From: Basidiobolus meristosporus CBS 931.73
Taxonomy: Eukaryota > Fungi > Basidiobolomycota
Direction of reading: 5' to 3'
Assembly: GCA_002104905.1 (NCBI GenBank)
Contig: MCFE01000241.1
Span: 1-64,000, forward strand
DNA length: 64,000 nucleotides
The translations under genes and the position numbers were made by a program. A model generated the notes under the pieces. It was not told where the DNA came from and made no database searches. It was given only the letters and a program-made list of their open reading frames with translations. Shown here one piece after another: positions 32,953-45,130 of this stretch; the stretch's first letter is position 1, and each line of letters opens with the position of its first letter.

Positions 32953-33686
32953 AGACTTGTTCTGTTGGATAGTGCCACATTGAGCCGTGAGTGCCAAATG
33001 ATGCCATAGTGTGCCAGGGAGGCCAAGTGAGCCTATACTTGGCAACAGAATGTGAAACATAGATCTGCATCTTCATGCAAAGCAGCCCCTGTGTTTCACC
33101 AATTGTGTTGGAGAAATTCCATTTTTTGACCTTTTTTTTTAGGTCAATGTTGTGCAGGATGTGTAAGAGCACAAAAGGATTGAAAATATGCATTTGGTAC
33201 TCAATACCCATGGCACTCTGAGTCTAGCTCCTGTGGCTTGTAACATGTCACAACAATGCATGGCACTATCTTGGTCCACTGGTACTATCTGGCACTATAT
33301 TTAATTATTAGCCCTAAAGTAAGATCTATACAAAGCACTTATAGTGCCAGATAGTACCAGTGGACCAAGATAGTGCCATGCATTGTTGTGACATGTTACA
33401 AGCCAGAGGAGCTAGATTTAGAGTGCCATGGGTATTGAGTACCAGATGCATGTCTTCAGTTCTTCTGTGTGCTTACGCATCCTGCATAACATTGATCCAC
33501 AAAAAAAGGTCAAAAAATGGATTTTCTCCAACACAATTGGTGAAACACAGGGGCTGCTTTGCATGAAGATGCAGATCTATGTTTCACATTCTGTTGCCAA
33601 GTATAGGCTCACTTGGCCTCCCTGGCACACTATGGCATCATTTGGCACTCACGGCTCAATGTGGCACTATCCAACAGAACAAGTCT
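32953..33686. mobile_element. 734-bp foldback (long-TIR) element of the AGACTTGTTC family, embedded in a 1.07-kb palindrome (32786-33853)
   Basis: About 347-bp inverted arms around a 40-nt loop (33300-33339); second copy at 38059-38771 has the same loop. Confidence 0.9.
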
Positions 33687-33853
33687 AATCTATGGAATAA
33701 AGTAATGGACTAGTGTATTATACTCCCCACAGCAGGATGAAGTGGCAAAATGTGCAAACAGATCAATAATGAACATGGTCAGACTCATGATTGATACTCA
33801 AAAATAATCCCATGATTTTTGGGCAGAATCAGTTACTACAGCTGTGTATCTCA

Positions 33854-34860
33854 CAAATTTTTACAATACTCCCACTCAGCTAAATGTTCATACTGACTAG
33901 TCCTAATTTTGACCTAAGATATTCAAACTTGTCTCTAGCTAATGGTTTGGTAAATTTGTCTGCAATTATTTCATCTTAAGGACAGTAAACTAGGATAACT
34001 AAGCTATTCTCTATAGCTTCACATATGAAATGATGTCTAATATCTATGTGCTTTGTTCTAGCATGAAAAGTTGGATTTCTACCCAATTGTATATATCCTT
34101 GATTATCTCAAAATAAAGTAATAGGCATTTTTTGACATAGGCCTAAATCTGTAAAAAGCTTTCTTAACCACATTGCTTTTTTTGTAGCTTCAAAGGCTGT
34201 CATTTACTCTGCCTCTGTGGTAGAAAGTGCTACAGTTGGCTGCTTTCTTGAGTTCCATGCGATTGTTCCTTTACAGTAGAGAAAAGTGTCTCCTGTAGTG
34301 GATCTTCTGTCTTCTAAATTTTGTCCCCAGTCAGCATCAGAGTATCCCTCAAAATACTGTTCTGAATCCTTATAAGTGTATCTTAAGCAGATATCAGCAG
34401 TTTTTTTCTCCTGTCAGCATCCTTGCAGTAGGGGTTTTTGTCTCAGATACATTTCTTAGCAGCTGGTGGGTGGCTTCTAATGCCTTCCAGGCATTCTTTG
34501 CCATTTTCACTCTGGAGCATCAAAATAGCAACTACTGTTTAACATTAAGGCACATATAGTCAATGCCACTCTCCACTTTCTACTGGTAGTTTAGTGCTTC
34601 TTCTCCATCATTTTTAGCAGTGCATTCATCTACCATAGCAGTATCCCAAAGACCACTTTACTGCAGCTGCATTTTCATCTTCACCTTCCACACTGGGTAG
34701 TTAGACCCATTCAACTTTTCAGTAGAGGAAAAACTCCAATCATAGTAGTAGTAGAAGTTGTGGAGAGTGACAGCTTGGGGCTCATAACCTGTTGTAAGAG
34801 TCTTGGAGATATTGGAAGTGATTGGTAGGACAAGTAGATATTTTGGTTTTATCCCATATG
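33854..34860 (-). mobile_element. Non-autonomous copia: LTR-A end, PBS, gag N-terminus fused directly to RNase H, PPT
   Basis: 34791-34850 is the reverse complement of 3376-3425 plus PBS. EKLNGSNYPVWKVKM..AKNAWKALE joins at about 34400 to ADICLRY..GYSDADWG..ALSTTEAE..TKHIDIRHHF..ADKFTKPL. Confidence 0.8.
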
Positions 34861-34899
34861 TCTTACTTGATCAGTACTATCCCATAGGCTGACTGACTA

Positions 34900-35330
34900 T
34901 CACACCTGCCTACCTTATTGAATAAGTAATCCCTCACTTTGTGTAAGATTACTAGCTGTAAGTGCTTTTATATCAGGCAAGTACCTGTGCCAGTACTTGT
35001 GACACATGGTCAAACTGTGTCACCAACCCTACCATTTCTATACCATATATGGTATCCCTATGTAACACAGGATTCAGAGTACTAGTTCCTGATTGGTTAG
35101 ATGTTCTGTGCCTCTTTGAACCCTGCGGCACTTACTTAGAATACTCTTAGCTGATTCTGATGTAATTATGATTTCTATTAATCTCTGGGACCATCTGGAA
35201 CACCAGTATTAGTGATCACTTAGCCAGTGAGAAGATTATATGAGTGAGGCATACCCTCAACAATAAATCATCATCACTTTTATCAACATACCAACTTGTT
35301 GATTGGTGTGATAACTGCTACCTACTGCTA
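34900..35330. mobile_element. Diverged partial LTR, family C
   Basis: Similar to 6870-7200. Confidence 0.5.
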
Positions 35331-36107
35331 ACTGAATTTTCAATCCCAGACCACATGACACTCCCAGGAAGCCACACTGACAGCCAACTGACCTTGGAGG
35401 CACTACTTGTGAGGAATACTCAGAGCAGGTATATCTTATTATACTTGATTCTTTCTCAAGCTTGTTCTTGTACAGGCAAAGATACTTTTCTGTCTTTGTA
35501 ATCATTGACCACAGCTGCATTCTTATCAAGTCCCTGCAGGTGGAGTTTACAGTTGTTTTGACTCTGGAAGCTTTAGTACATGGTCATCTCAAAGGATGCT
35601 GAACTCAGCACATACTTTTGTTAAGATGCCAACTAAGTTGGGGAATGTAGATCAGTAGTTTTCCCTTGACAAGCTTGTGGCTTTATTCCCAATCACATTA
35701 GATTAGAGACCAAACCCAAGTATTCCTAGCAAGCTTTTGCCAGCGGTTATTGCACCTAGTGAACACCCCACACCAAAGTACTTGAGAAGTGCTGGACGTA
35801 TCTCTCTTTTGGACTTATACACCACCACAATGGCTTAGAAAAACTCATATATCAGATTTACCAAAATATTTGGTCATAAATATCACCATAACAGTAGTCA
35901 AGTAGCTGCTGATTGGTTCCCTGCCATTTATCTTGCTCTCAGATTCTGGACACTGAATCACCTCCCATGTTTGTGCACATTGGCTAGCTATTGCCTATTT
36001 CTCACACTGGATACTTCATTACTGAACTAATGATCTTACTTATCATGAATGCATACTGGCTAATTTCCTATGAAACTTCAGTTGTAGCCCAATTGCCAAT
36101 TGTCAGG

Positions 36108-36903
36108 TGAGGTGGTGTAGAGCTACTCCTGGGAAAAGCCATGCAACTCAAGGTGTGTGAGGTGCCTGATGGGTGCAACAACCTCTAGGTCTAAACTTCT
36201 GGCATCTTTGTTAATATGTCATTTTATTACAAGCTGCTGCTTTGGTAGCTTCCTAGGTGCTCCAAGTGTCCCCAAAGGCCTCTGTGTGCATTGTGCACTA
36301 CCCTGAAAAGCTCCTTGAAGGCACGTCTAAGGTGTAGCTGTAGAAGGTTGGTGCAGTTATTTACTGCTAATCAGTAAGGGAAAAGTGTTACTGATAAAAT
36401 TGATGATATATTGATGAAGGATTGACTTCCCTTAAATACTGTTCCTTATTGCCAAATGATTACTACCAACAAGATTCCAGAAGATTCCAGGCATCAGTGG
36501 AATTCATGATGACATCTCTATGAGCTAAGAATATTCCAAGAAGGTCCTGAAAGGTTGTAAAATACACAGCACATCCAACTAAGCAGGGATCAGTAGTTTG
36601 AAACCTGTGTAATAGAGAGATACCATCTGTTGTATTGAAGTGGTAGAGATGGTAACACAGACTCAGGTCACAGGTATTGATATTGGTACTTGCCTAATGT
36701 AGATATAAGTACCAATCATAAAGCTGCACAAAATCTGGGACAACTAATGGTAATAATTAACCAGGGTAGCCAGCATTTTGGGATAATACTAATTACATGG
36801 GTAAAGAAGAATGGGATTATACTGATATGATAAAATATAGATAAGTGCACCATAGTAGCTCTATGGATGAGCTTTTCTGTGGAGGTATACTTACCCTACC
36901 ACA
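36108..36903. mobile_element. Solo LTR, family C (inverted relative to 6665)
   Basis: TGAGGTGGTGTAG...CCCTACCACA; flanks CAGG/CTGG. Confidence 0.7.
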
Positions 36904-38058
36904 CTGGGCCTGTACAACACCCTGTACCCAACACAAATATTAGGCCCAACCCATTTTAAACAAGTGACACCATTAAAATCCATCATACAGTAGGTACTTC
37001 TGCAGTAGTACCCTTTTTCTATTACTTTGGCATTAACACTACAGCTTTATACCACTGTACATTCACTGGTACCCATAAATCCTGGTCTTTAGCCACCTTT
37101 TAAGGCTCAGCATTTCATCTGCCAGCCTTAGCAATAAAACCCAGCAATATCTAGGGGTGTTTTCTTGTGCACTGTACTGGAGAAAGTGCTCTGATGCTTG
37201 ATATGCCTGTTTTTGCTTCAATCTCTACTGTAGGCATAGTGATAGTGTTCTGAGGTTGTGCATTGTTGCTTTGTCTGTCAGTGGGATCTCCATTGTGTTT
37301 CCAATGGAGGGTATGGAGGCAGTGCTAAAGTGATTGCCTTTCTGTGGAAGTGTATCTACTTTACCAGAGCATAGCACAGCTAGTTATGCTTCCAATTCTT
37401 GAGCAAACAGCTGTTTTGTTGCTCCTAGCCCTTCTTGGCTATTATGGACTCAGTCTGTTCTGGACTGATGGAGTTGATTGGTGAGAACTGCTGCTTTTTC
37501 TCAAGTTTCACTGCCTCTAGCTTGAATAGACCTTTTTTTGTTTACCTTCACCTACATCAACTGACCAGTCTTGGATTACTTCTTTGGCTAAGTGCTTCCT
37601 GTATTCACCTACATTTTCTTTTTGCTGAATGCTACATTAATGTATCTATTCTTGCCTTCTTGTACCATATTGAAACTCTCCTGGCAACCTAACACTTCTT
37701 TGCCTCCTGGCTTGAGCTTTCAAATCACCTTGTGACTGGGTCCAGAGAAGGCCATGAGTGCTTATAAATGCCAAGTCTTTTAGTGCTATTTTGACTGAGT
37801 ACTTCTTGTATTTTACAGCATATTCACTTTGATGAATATGGCACTGGTGGATTCATTTTTGCATGCTTGTCCCTTACCAGCAATTTCCTGGCAGCATGAC
37901 ATCTCTTTGCCACTTGTTTTGTGCCTTGAGTCCTGCTTATGACAGACTTCTGAGAATAATACACTTGCTAATAGTGGTAGTGATGATGTCTTGATGGTCA
38001 TGTACTGGTCTTCCATCAGAGGTACTGTGCCTGCTACACTCTCATCTGCCTGAGCATT

Positions 38059-38771
38059 AAACTTGTTCTGTGGATAGTGCCAAATGATGCCAAAGTGTGC
38101 CAGGGAGGCCAAGTGAGCCTACACTTGGCCACAGAGTGTGAAACATAGATCTGCGCCTTCATGCAAAGCGGCCCCTGTGTTTCACTCATTGTGATGGAGA
38201 AAATCCATTTTTTGATCTTTTTTTTAGGTCAATGTTGTACAAGATGTGGAAGAGCACTAAAGGATTGTAGATATGCATCTGGTATTCAATACCCATGGCA
38301 CTCTGAATCTAGCTCCTGTGGCTTGTATCATGTCACAAAAATGTATGGCACTATCTTGGTCCACTGGTACTATCTGGCACTATATTTAATTATTAGCCCT
38401 AAAGTAAGATCAATACAAAGCACTCATAGTGCCAGATAGTACCAGTAGACCAAGATAGTGCCATACATTTTTGTGACATGATACAAGCCACAGGAGCTAA
38501 ATTCAGAGTGCCATGGGTATTGAATACCAGATTTATATCTTCAATCCTATGGTGCTCTTACACATCCTGCACAATACTGATCCACAAAAAAACATCAAAA
38601 AATGGATTTTCTCTTGCATCATAGGTGAAACACAGGGAATGCTTTGCATGAAGATGCAGATCTATGTTTCACACTCTGTGGCCAAGGATAGGCTCACTTG
38701 GCCTCTCTGGCACACTATGGCATCATTTGGCACTCATGGCTCAATGTGGCACTATCCAATGGAACAAGTCT
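38059..38771. mobile_element. Second foldback element (713 bp)
   Basis: Ends A(A)ACTTGTTC / GAACAAGTCT; same arms and loop as 32953-33686; the paralogous uninterrupted site is at about 61245-61290. Confidence 0.9.
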
Positions 38772-39761
38772 AATATGTTCAGCATGCAGCTCTGTAGAGA
38801 TTCTTAATTGCCTACTTGACTGAGAGCCTGAGCAGTCTGCATCATTACCTGTAACAAGTTCACTGTAAGCATGGTCTCTCTGGATATAATTATTGCATAT
38901 AGATGTGTGTATGGTGCCACAGCTTTATTTATAATGTTTACTATGGGGCATCATCATTAATTCTTATATTCATGTAGGTGCAATGTCTGAAATACAAAAA
39001 TGTCTTAAAATCACATGTGTATTGTCAAAAAGTGGAATAGTAGTAACATATTGTAGAGTGTCAATCTGTTTGCCCCATGAGTACAACATCCTTATTTCAC
39101 ACTGTAAGAGAAGGTAAAAAGAACCATGTGGCTATTGTAATAAGGATCTCAGCAATGAAGCATGCAGAAGGCATTGGAAGTAATACAAGGATCATGGACA
39201 ATGCTTTGCCACACTTGTCATAATTAAGCATTCATCAGTAGCTACTATCCCAACAATCTCTTTCTAGCTGTTTTTTTATACTTTGCTTATGAAAATAATT
39301 TGATCCTGCAGATGGATTCAATGTGGAAAAAACATTGAGATCCTGCAACAAGACTGTTATAATTCCTGCTACTTGGAGTTATTTAACCACCTCACAATCC
39401 TGTGACCGCATTGAGATGGTGTTTTGCTGAATTAACTGCTAAATTTGTAAATTCACAGCATATTCAAGTGGCCCTTCAATGGCATTGGTATGGCTCTCTA
39501 GTGCACCACACTTATTTGAGTGGACTTAACTGGCCAGTGCATCCAATTGCCATCCATGGAGAAAAACCTCTCAGTACTTTGACAGCATTGTTGTGGATAT
39601 CCGTTGTGATTACAACAGCAGTATGGTGGCCTACAGCTAGTGCTGTATAATGCTAGCATACCAATTTACCAAATTGTAGTTTCTTTTACTACCTCCTCTT
39701 GTGCCATTTATATATATTGTTGTAGAATCACCTCAACTAATATACTTACCCACTACCACTG

Positions 39762-40567
39762 TGTGATGAGGTAGGCTATTCATACCTCCCACAGCCAAGC
39801 TTATCCATAGGATTATTATATTGCACTTATTCATATTTTATCTTATCAGTATTATCCCATTATTCTTTGCCTAAGTTACTTGTATTTCCCTATATGATAT
39901 TCACCCTGATTGGTTGTCAGCATTATTTATCCCAGATATTATTCAGCTCTCTGAATACCAGATGTGTCCACATTAGGCAGGTTGCCATGTCATTACTTGT
40001 GATACATGACCTAGGTCTGTGTTACCATCCCTACCATTTCAATACCCAATAAGGTATCTTGTTGTTGCACAGATATCCCACTACTGATCCCTGATTTGTT
40101 GGATGCACTCCTGCTTTAAGAACCTTCCTGGACCTTCTTAGTGTATTAGTAGCTTGTAATGATCTCCTCAAGAATTCTACTTATGCTTGTATTTTCTAGA
40201 ACCTTGTCATTAGTAATCCCTTAGCAATTGGGAATAGTGTTTTAGGGAAGTCAATCACTCATCAATAAATCATAACATATATTAGAGGCACTTCTCCCAA
40301 ATGGACTAGCAGTCAATCACTGCACCTACCTTCTACAGTTACATTTCCAACTTGCCTTCAAGGAGCTTTTCAGGGTAATGCACAATACACACAGAGGCCT
40401 TTGGAGACATTTGGAGTACCTAGGAAGCTAGAGAAGCAGGAGCTTTTACTGAAGTGATATAGTGATATAGACACCAGTAGCTTAGACCCAGAGGTTATGC
40501 ACCTGTCAGACACCTCACACACCTTGAATTGTATAGCTTCTCCCAGGAGTACTTCTACACCACCACA
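39762..40567. mobile_element. Solo LTR, family C
   Basis: Colinear with 6665-7467; ends CACCACA; inserted in a CACTA transposase remnant. Confidence 0.7.
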
Positions 40568-43359
40568 GGGTATTCAAATATAGTTTCAATCAAAAAAAAT
40601 AATGGCCTCCTGCTTGCTCTTATATCACCTCAGCCCTATGGCTATTTGGTGCAGTACTTGCAATGCTATCATACACCTTTTATTGCTGGTAAAATATACT
40701 TCTTACAAGCATATATTTGGTAGCTGCCACTTCTGCCAAGAATGCCTCTGCAATACCTGCAAAATACCTTTTGATACATAGCCATATATTCCCCTCCCTG
40801 ATGGACACTGGTCCCCCTTATAGATATTCCCTGGTTCTTGTTTGTGTTATTTCTGTATTGAATTGTGTAGAAGTTGGCTTGTACCCAATGGAAACTCAGC
40901 ATACTATGGCAAAGTTTTCATGATACAAATCAGTTGCTTGTTTCATCCAACCTGAATCTGCATTACTTAACTGCCTACCCATGCATTGGGGCTGCTGAGC
41001 TTCTTAATGCAAAAGGCATAAGTGTCTCTACGTGCATATCTGTGCTCAGTATAATCTAACTCTTCCTGGCCTTCCCCCATATGCCAACTCATCACATCCA
41101 TGACAGACTTGAAGGTAATATTCTTGATGAGATTGGGGCATAGTAGTCCCTACAACTTGACTTGTCTTCCTATATGCCTGCAGATCTGCTCAGGAGGAAA
41201 TTCCCAAAAGGTGAAACAAGGTCCAATACTCACCATGCACCAAGAAAGATAGAGTCAGAATTGGTGCAGTTGCAATACAGATCTACCCCTTCAGCTTTAT
41301 TATTGCAGTATAGCTGATCAAGTCTTGACACAAACTCCTTGCAGAAAAGTTGTAAATACATCAAGTTGGCATTGGTAATCTACTTCTAGATAAATGCTCA
41401 TACAATGTCCACATACGACTCCCAATGCTTCCAATGTACACTGGGTGGTGATTACTTTAGAAGGAAACCTTAATAAGTACATATCAAGTTCATCAAGTTC
41501 TTGCATTTGTAGTGCTTCATATGAGTATGAATATTGATTGGAGCTTGTGGGAAATACTTGGGCATTGGTTAAACTTCAATATCTAGCTAACTCTTGTAAA
41601 TATACCTGGTATCTCAAAGGGCTCATTCAGCTTGAAAGCCAACTATCATGCTGATGACTGGGGTATCTCCAATGCAGTTAAAATTATGTGCTTTGAGATG
41701 ATGGTCATTTACTAATATTCTGCTGGATAGCATACAAGATTCCTTTTACTGGAATTAGTTTTCTGCACTGTTACCATAGGACTAGCAGCAGTCTAGGTTG
41801 ATGATAGTCATCAGCCAGCAAATTTGATGGCAGAGTACTTATTCAGTGAGAGTCCATCAAGTACAAAGGCAAAGGCATGCACATATATACCAGCAAAGTA
41901 GCCTTTGCTCCTTAGTTGTTTGCAAAGATTGCCAACAAACATATTCAAAACAGCTGCACTAGATTAATGCAGAGTGCTGTGCTTTATAGCTTCACAGTAA
42001 ATGTGAGATTGCAAAAGCAGCTTTAGATAGCAAATTACTGGAATATATCTGGGGTGTGAACAGTGTTCTCCTTCTAGAGTCGCAGATTCCTAACAAGCTT
42101 AACACCTTGCAATGGTGGCATTTGTTGATGTGAATGCCATGCAGCTGCTAACACATGCTGATATCAGGATAGTCCCTGGGTCATATTTTGCCAGCTGTAT
42201 GACAGTGATCCATTCGTAACAAGTGCATGGTAAATTGCATCCCAGAATGGCTTTGGCATGAAGTAGGAGTATATCCTGAAGGCTTTCATTGTCATGATCA
42301 CATGACATCTGTGATCTTTCATGATCTGGCCAAATCAAGTTGATAAAGAAGTCCCAGTTCCTGCTAGAAAGTACTACCACATTCTAGCAACTTCCTGAAT
42401 GCTCTGAGACAACATTACATAATGGAACACTCTATGGACACTTCTCATTGGAATTTATGTATCTCAATACCCCATATGAAATGTGTATATGACATGATCT
42501 AGTCTCATGAATAGCTGACTCTTGGCATGTCCCTATGCAATTTTATAGTCTACTCTGAAGTACATTTCTATCTTGGCACACTTGCTTTGCCTCACCCCAG
42601 AACCCCATCAGAATTAGCCAATATCACTTGGCATCCATATTGCCAAAAAGTATATATAGCTCTATCCCCCATTGCGCATTCATCAGCCTGATAAACACAG
42701 GTCTTGAATAAACAGCCTTGCCTGGGAAATACACATTGAAATATTGACCCACACCTAATTCCTTTATGGGTCCTGCCTTGCGTTACTCTACTCTCCTGCC
42801 TTGCATCTATTCATAACTTCCATTACTGATATTGGTGTAAATGCACCACCTCTCTAGCCACATGATTGTATCAATCATCAGTAAATGAATTGCAAGGCTC
42901 ACAAGGCTCCACAGAGTATCCTCAGCATTTTCTCAACAAACATGTCTTCTCCTGGTTCTGCCTTGTATCTATTGAAAACAGCTTTATATGCCTGCTCCCA
43001 GCTTACCTGTCAGCCTCTGCCTTCCACCCAAATTTTTTAAGAAGAGCTTGTAAAGAAGTACTGACCATAAGTATCACCATGCATCTTTCCATATTTCTGC
43101 TATCTAAATGAAACAACACTTTAACTTTGTAAATTATTGGCCAAAGGAATATTTGCTTTATTTTGCTGCTAGCATAGAGTACAGTTGTTATAGTATTAGA
43201 CACTTTATTACATTACTCTTTCAAAGGACATCCAAGCTAGTACCTTTTGTAGGAACTCTAACTTATTTAAAGTTGGGGATTGTGGCTCAAAAGTTGTATT
43301 CTTGACAAACTAGTAGTATTATAACCTGCAAATTAGCTACTAATGTCCAGTATCCCTTA

Positions 43360-43640
43360 ACAAGTTCAAGATATTTTGTTACCTTCTGCTACCTTGACAT
43401 GTCCAGTCCCTAGTACTACTTTGCAAGCCCCATGGCTACCTTTGCCCAGTTGCAACATCACAATGCAGACCTTAGAGATTCTCTTGCTCAGTTTCAGAGA
43501 CAAAATACTCAACAACCAATGCAGGCTCCTTCCTACCATGATCCCAAGATTACTTATGCTACCAAGCTCAGCATCTCCTAGAATGACTTCCTGGGTTTCA
43601 TCAATAAAATCAAATACCAATTAGCACAATAACCCAATGG
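43360..43640 (+). pseudogene. Gypsy-like gag N-terminal fragment
   Basis: MATFAQLQ..HDPKITYATKLS*NDFLGFINKIKYQL resembles the retrotransposon gag EPK..PxKF..FxGFINQ motif. Confidence 0.4.
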
Positions 43641-43659
43641 TTCCCAATAGATCCAGCAA

Positions 43660-45130
43660 ACACCACAAAAAAAAACTTTGATGATCCCACCAAAAGGCCG
43701 TCACAAAATCAAAATTCCATGACAGATATTTACTGATCTTGCCAGGACACCACACAGAGGCTGTTGAAAAAAGTGGAACACCAGATTTTACAAACAACTG
43801 GATTATAATTTCTCATCTGAGCAATCTGGAAGTGGCTCTGTATTGGCTCTCAACCATTCTCTGACTTTCTAATCCTGGGCACAAAGTTAACTCCTACACT
43901 GGTGTACATGGATTGGCTATTGCCTCTTTTCACACTCTTTACTCCCTGACTTAACAAATGGACTTTTCATGCATACAAACTAATTTATTTGCATTGAAAT
44001 TAGAGTTGTAACTCAACTGCCAATTGCACAGACCTATAGCAGTACTTATACCCAACACTAATATTGAGCCCAACCAATACCCAGCAAGTGCTTCCTTTGA
44101 AATCAAACATGCTACATATACTTCTGCAATAGCACCCATTTTGCATGACTCTAGGAGGAACCTTACCACTTTATGCCATTGCATATTTACAGGTTTTTGT
44201 GCATGCTGGCCTTCAGCTAGCACTGAAAATCTAGCATCTTCCATGCTAGTCTTTGCAATAGATCCCTGCAAAATTTAAGTGTGTTTTCTTGAGCACTGCT
44301 CTTGAGCAGTGCTGCAAGCTCTTGGTATGCCAATTTGTATTCCAAAATTCCACTGTAGGTGTTGATATAGCTCTTTGAGTTATTTATGTTGTTGCTCTAT
44401 CTGTGAGTAGGACCTCCATTCTGCCTACAATGATGGATGTGGAGGCTGTGGTAGATATATTGCCTTTCACTGCAAGCTCATCTACAACACAAGAGTGTAG
44501 TTCAGCTGACTACACTTCCCATGCATGTGAAAATAGCTGTGGCCTATTTGGTACTCTGGGCTACGATGTAATTCAGCTTGTTGGGAGTAGATTGTGTGAA
44601 TTAGCAAGAACTGCAGCTTCCTTCTCATGCTTCCCAGTCTCTGGCCCTGGTTGACTTTTTTTCTTTACCTCTACCTTGATCACTGCCTGGTCTTTCACTG
44701 GTAGATTAACCGAGGGCTTTTTGTATTTTAATATGATTTCTTGTTGAGTAATGTGGCACTGGTGCATCCATTTTTGCCTGCCTGTCCCTTACAAGCACTC
44801 TTCTAGCTACTTGACATTCCTTTGCCTCCTGCTTGGCTCTTTTAGCCCTGCATGCAACAAGCTCTTGAGGTAGTTACTGGTTTTTAGTGGTGGTATCCTT
44901 GCTCTTTTGCCTGCTTGAGTAACACATCTTGGAATAAAAATGCTGGCCCAATAACCATTACTTGCATGAGTCCAGGATAATGCTCATGGAACAGGTCAAG
45001 CACATTGTGCTTGGCCTTGGGTTTCTGATAGCCTCATGGTATGCTGGCATTAAGGAGATGCCATGCTAAACTTCTTACAGCCTCTTGAGTATTGCATACT
45101 CCTCAGCTTCAGCACTGCACTCATCAACAA
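43660..45130 (-). mobile_element. CACTA terminus plus accessory ORF remnant
   Basis: Inverted homolog of 9150-10800, including the GATCCC..TCACAAA..GATCTTGCCAGGACACC subterminal block. Confidence 0.65.

Larger units (their letters stand above)
36940..42400. mobile_element. Rearranged CACTA remnants (accessory ORF -, transposase N-terminus +, transposase body -)
   Basis: PCGYCNK..CRRH at about 39120; DUF4218- and Transposase_21-like fragments at 39400-42380 paralogous to 4250-8185. Confidence 0.7.

Noticed and set aside
32953-33686. Recurrent GGCAC/GTGCC short motifs suggesting a CRISPR-like array
   Set aside because: These are subterminal motifs of the transposon; no constant repeat-spacer periodicity, no cas genes, and the context is eukaryotic.
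32951-33688. Identical 86-aa ORFs on both strands (also 38513-38773)
   Set aside because: By-product of the palindrome; no coding features.
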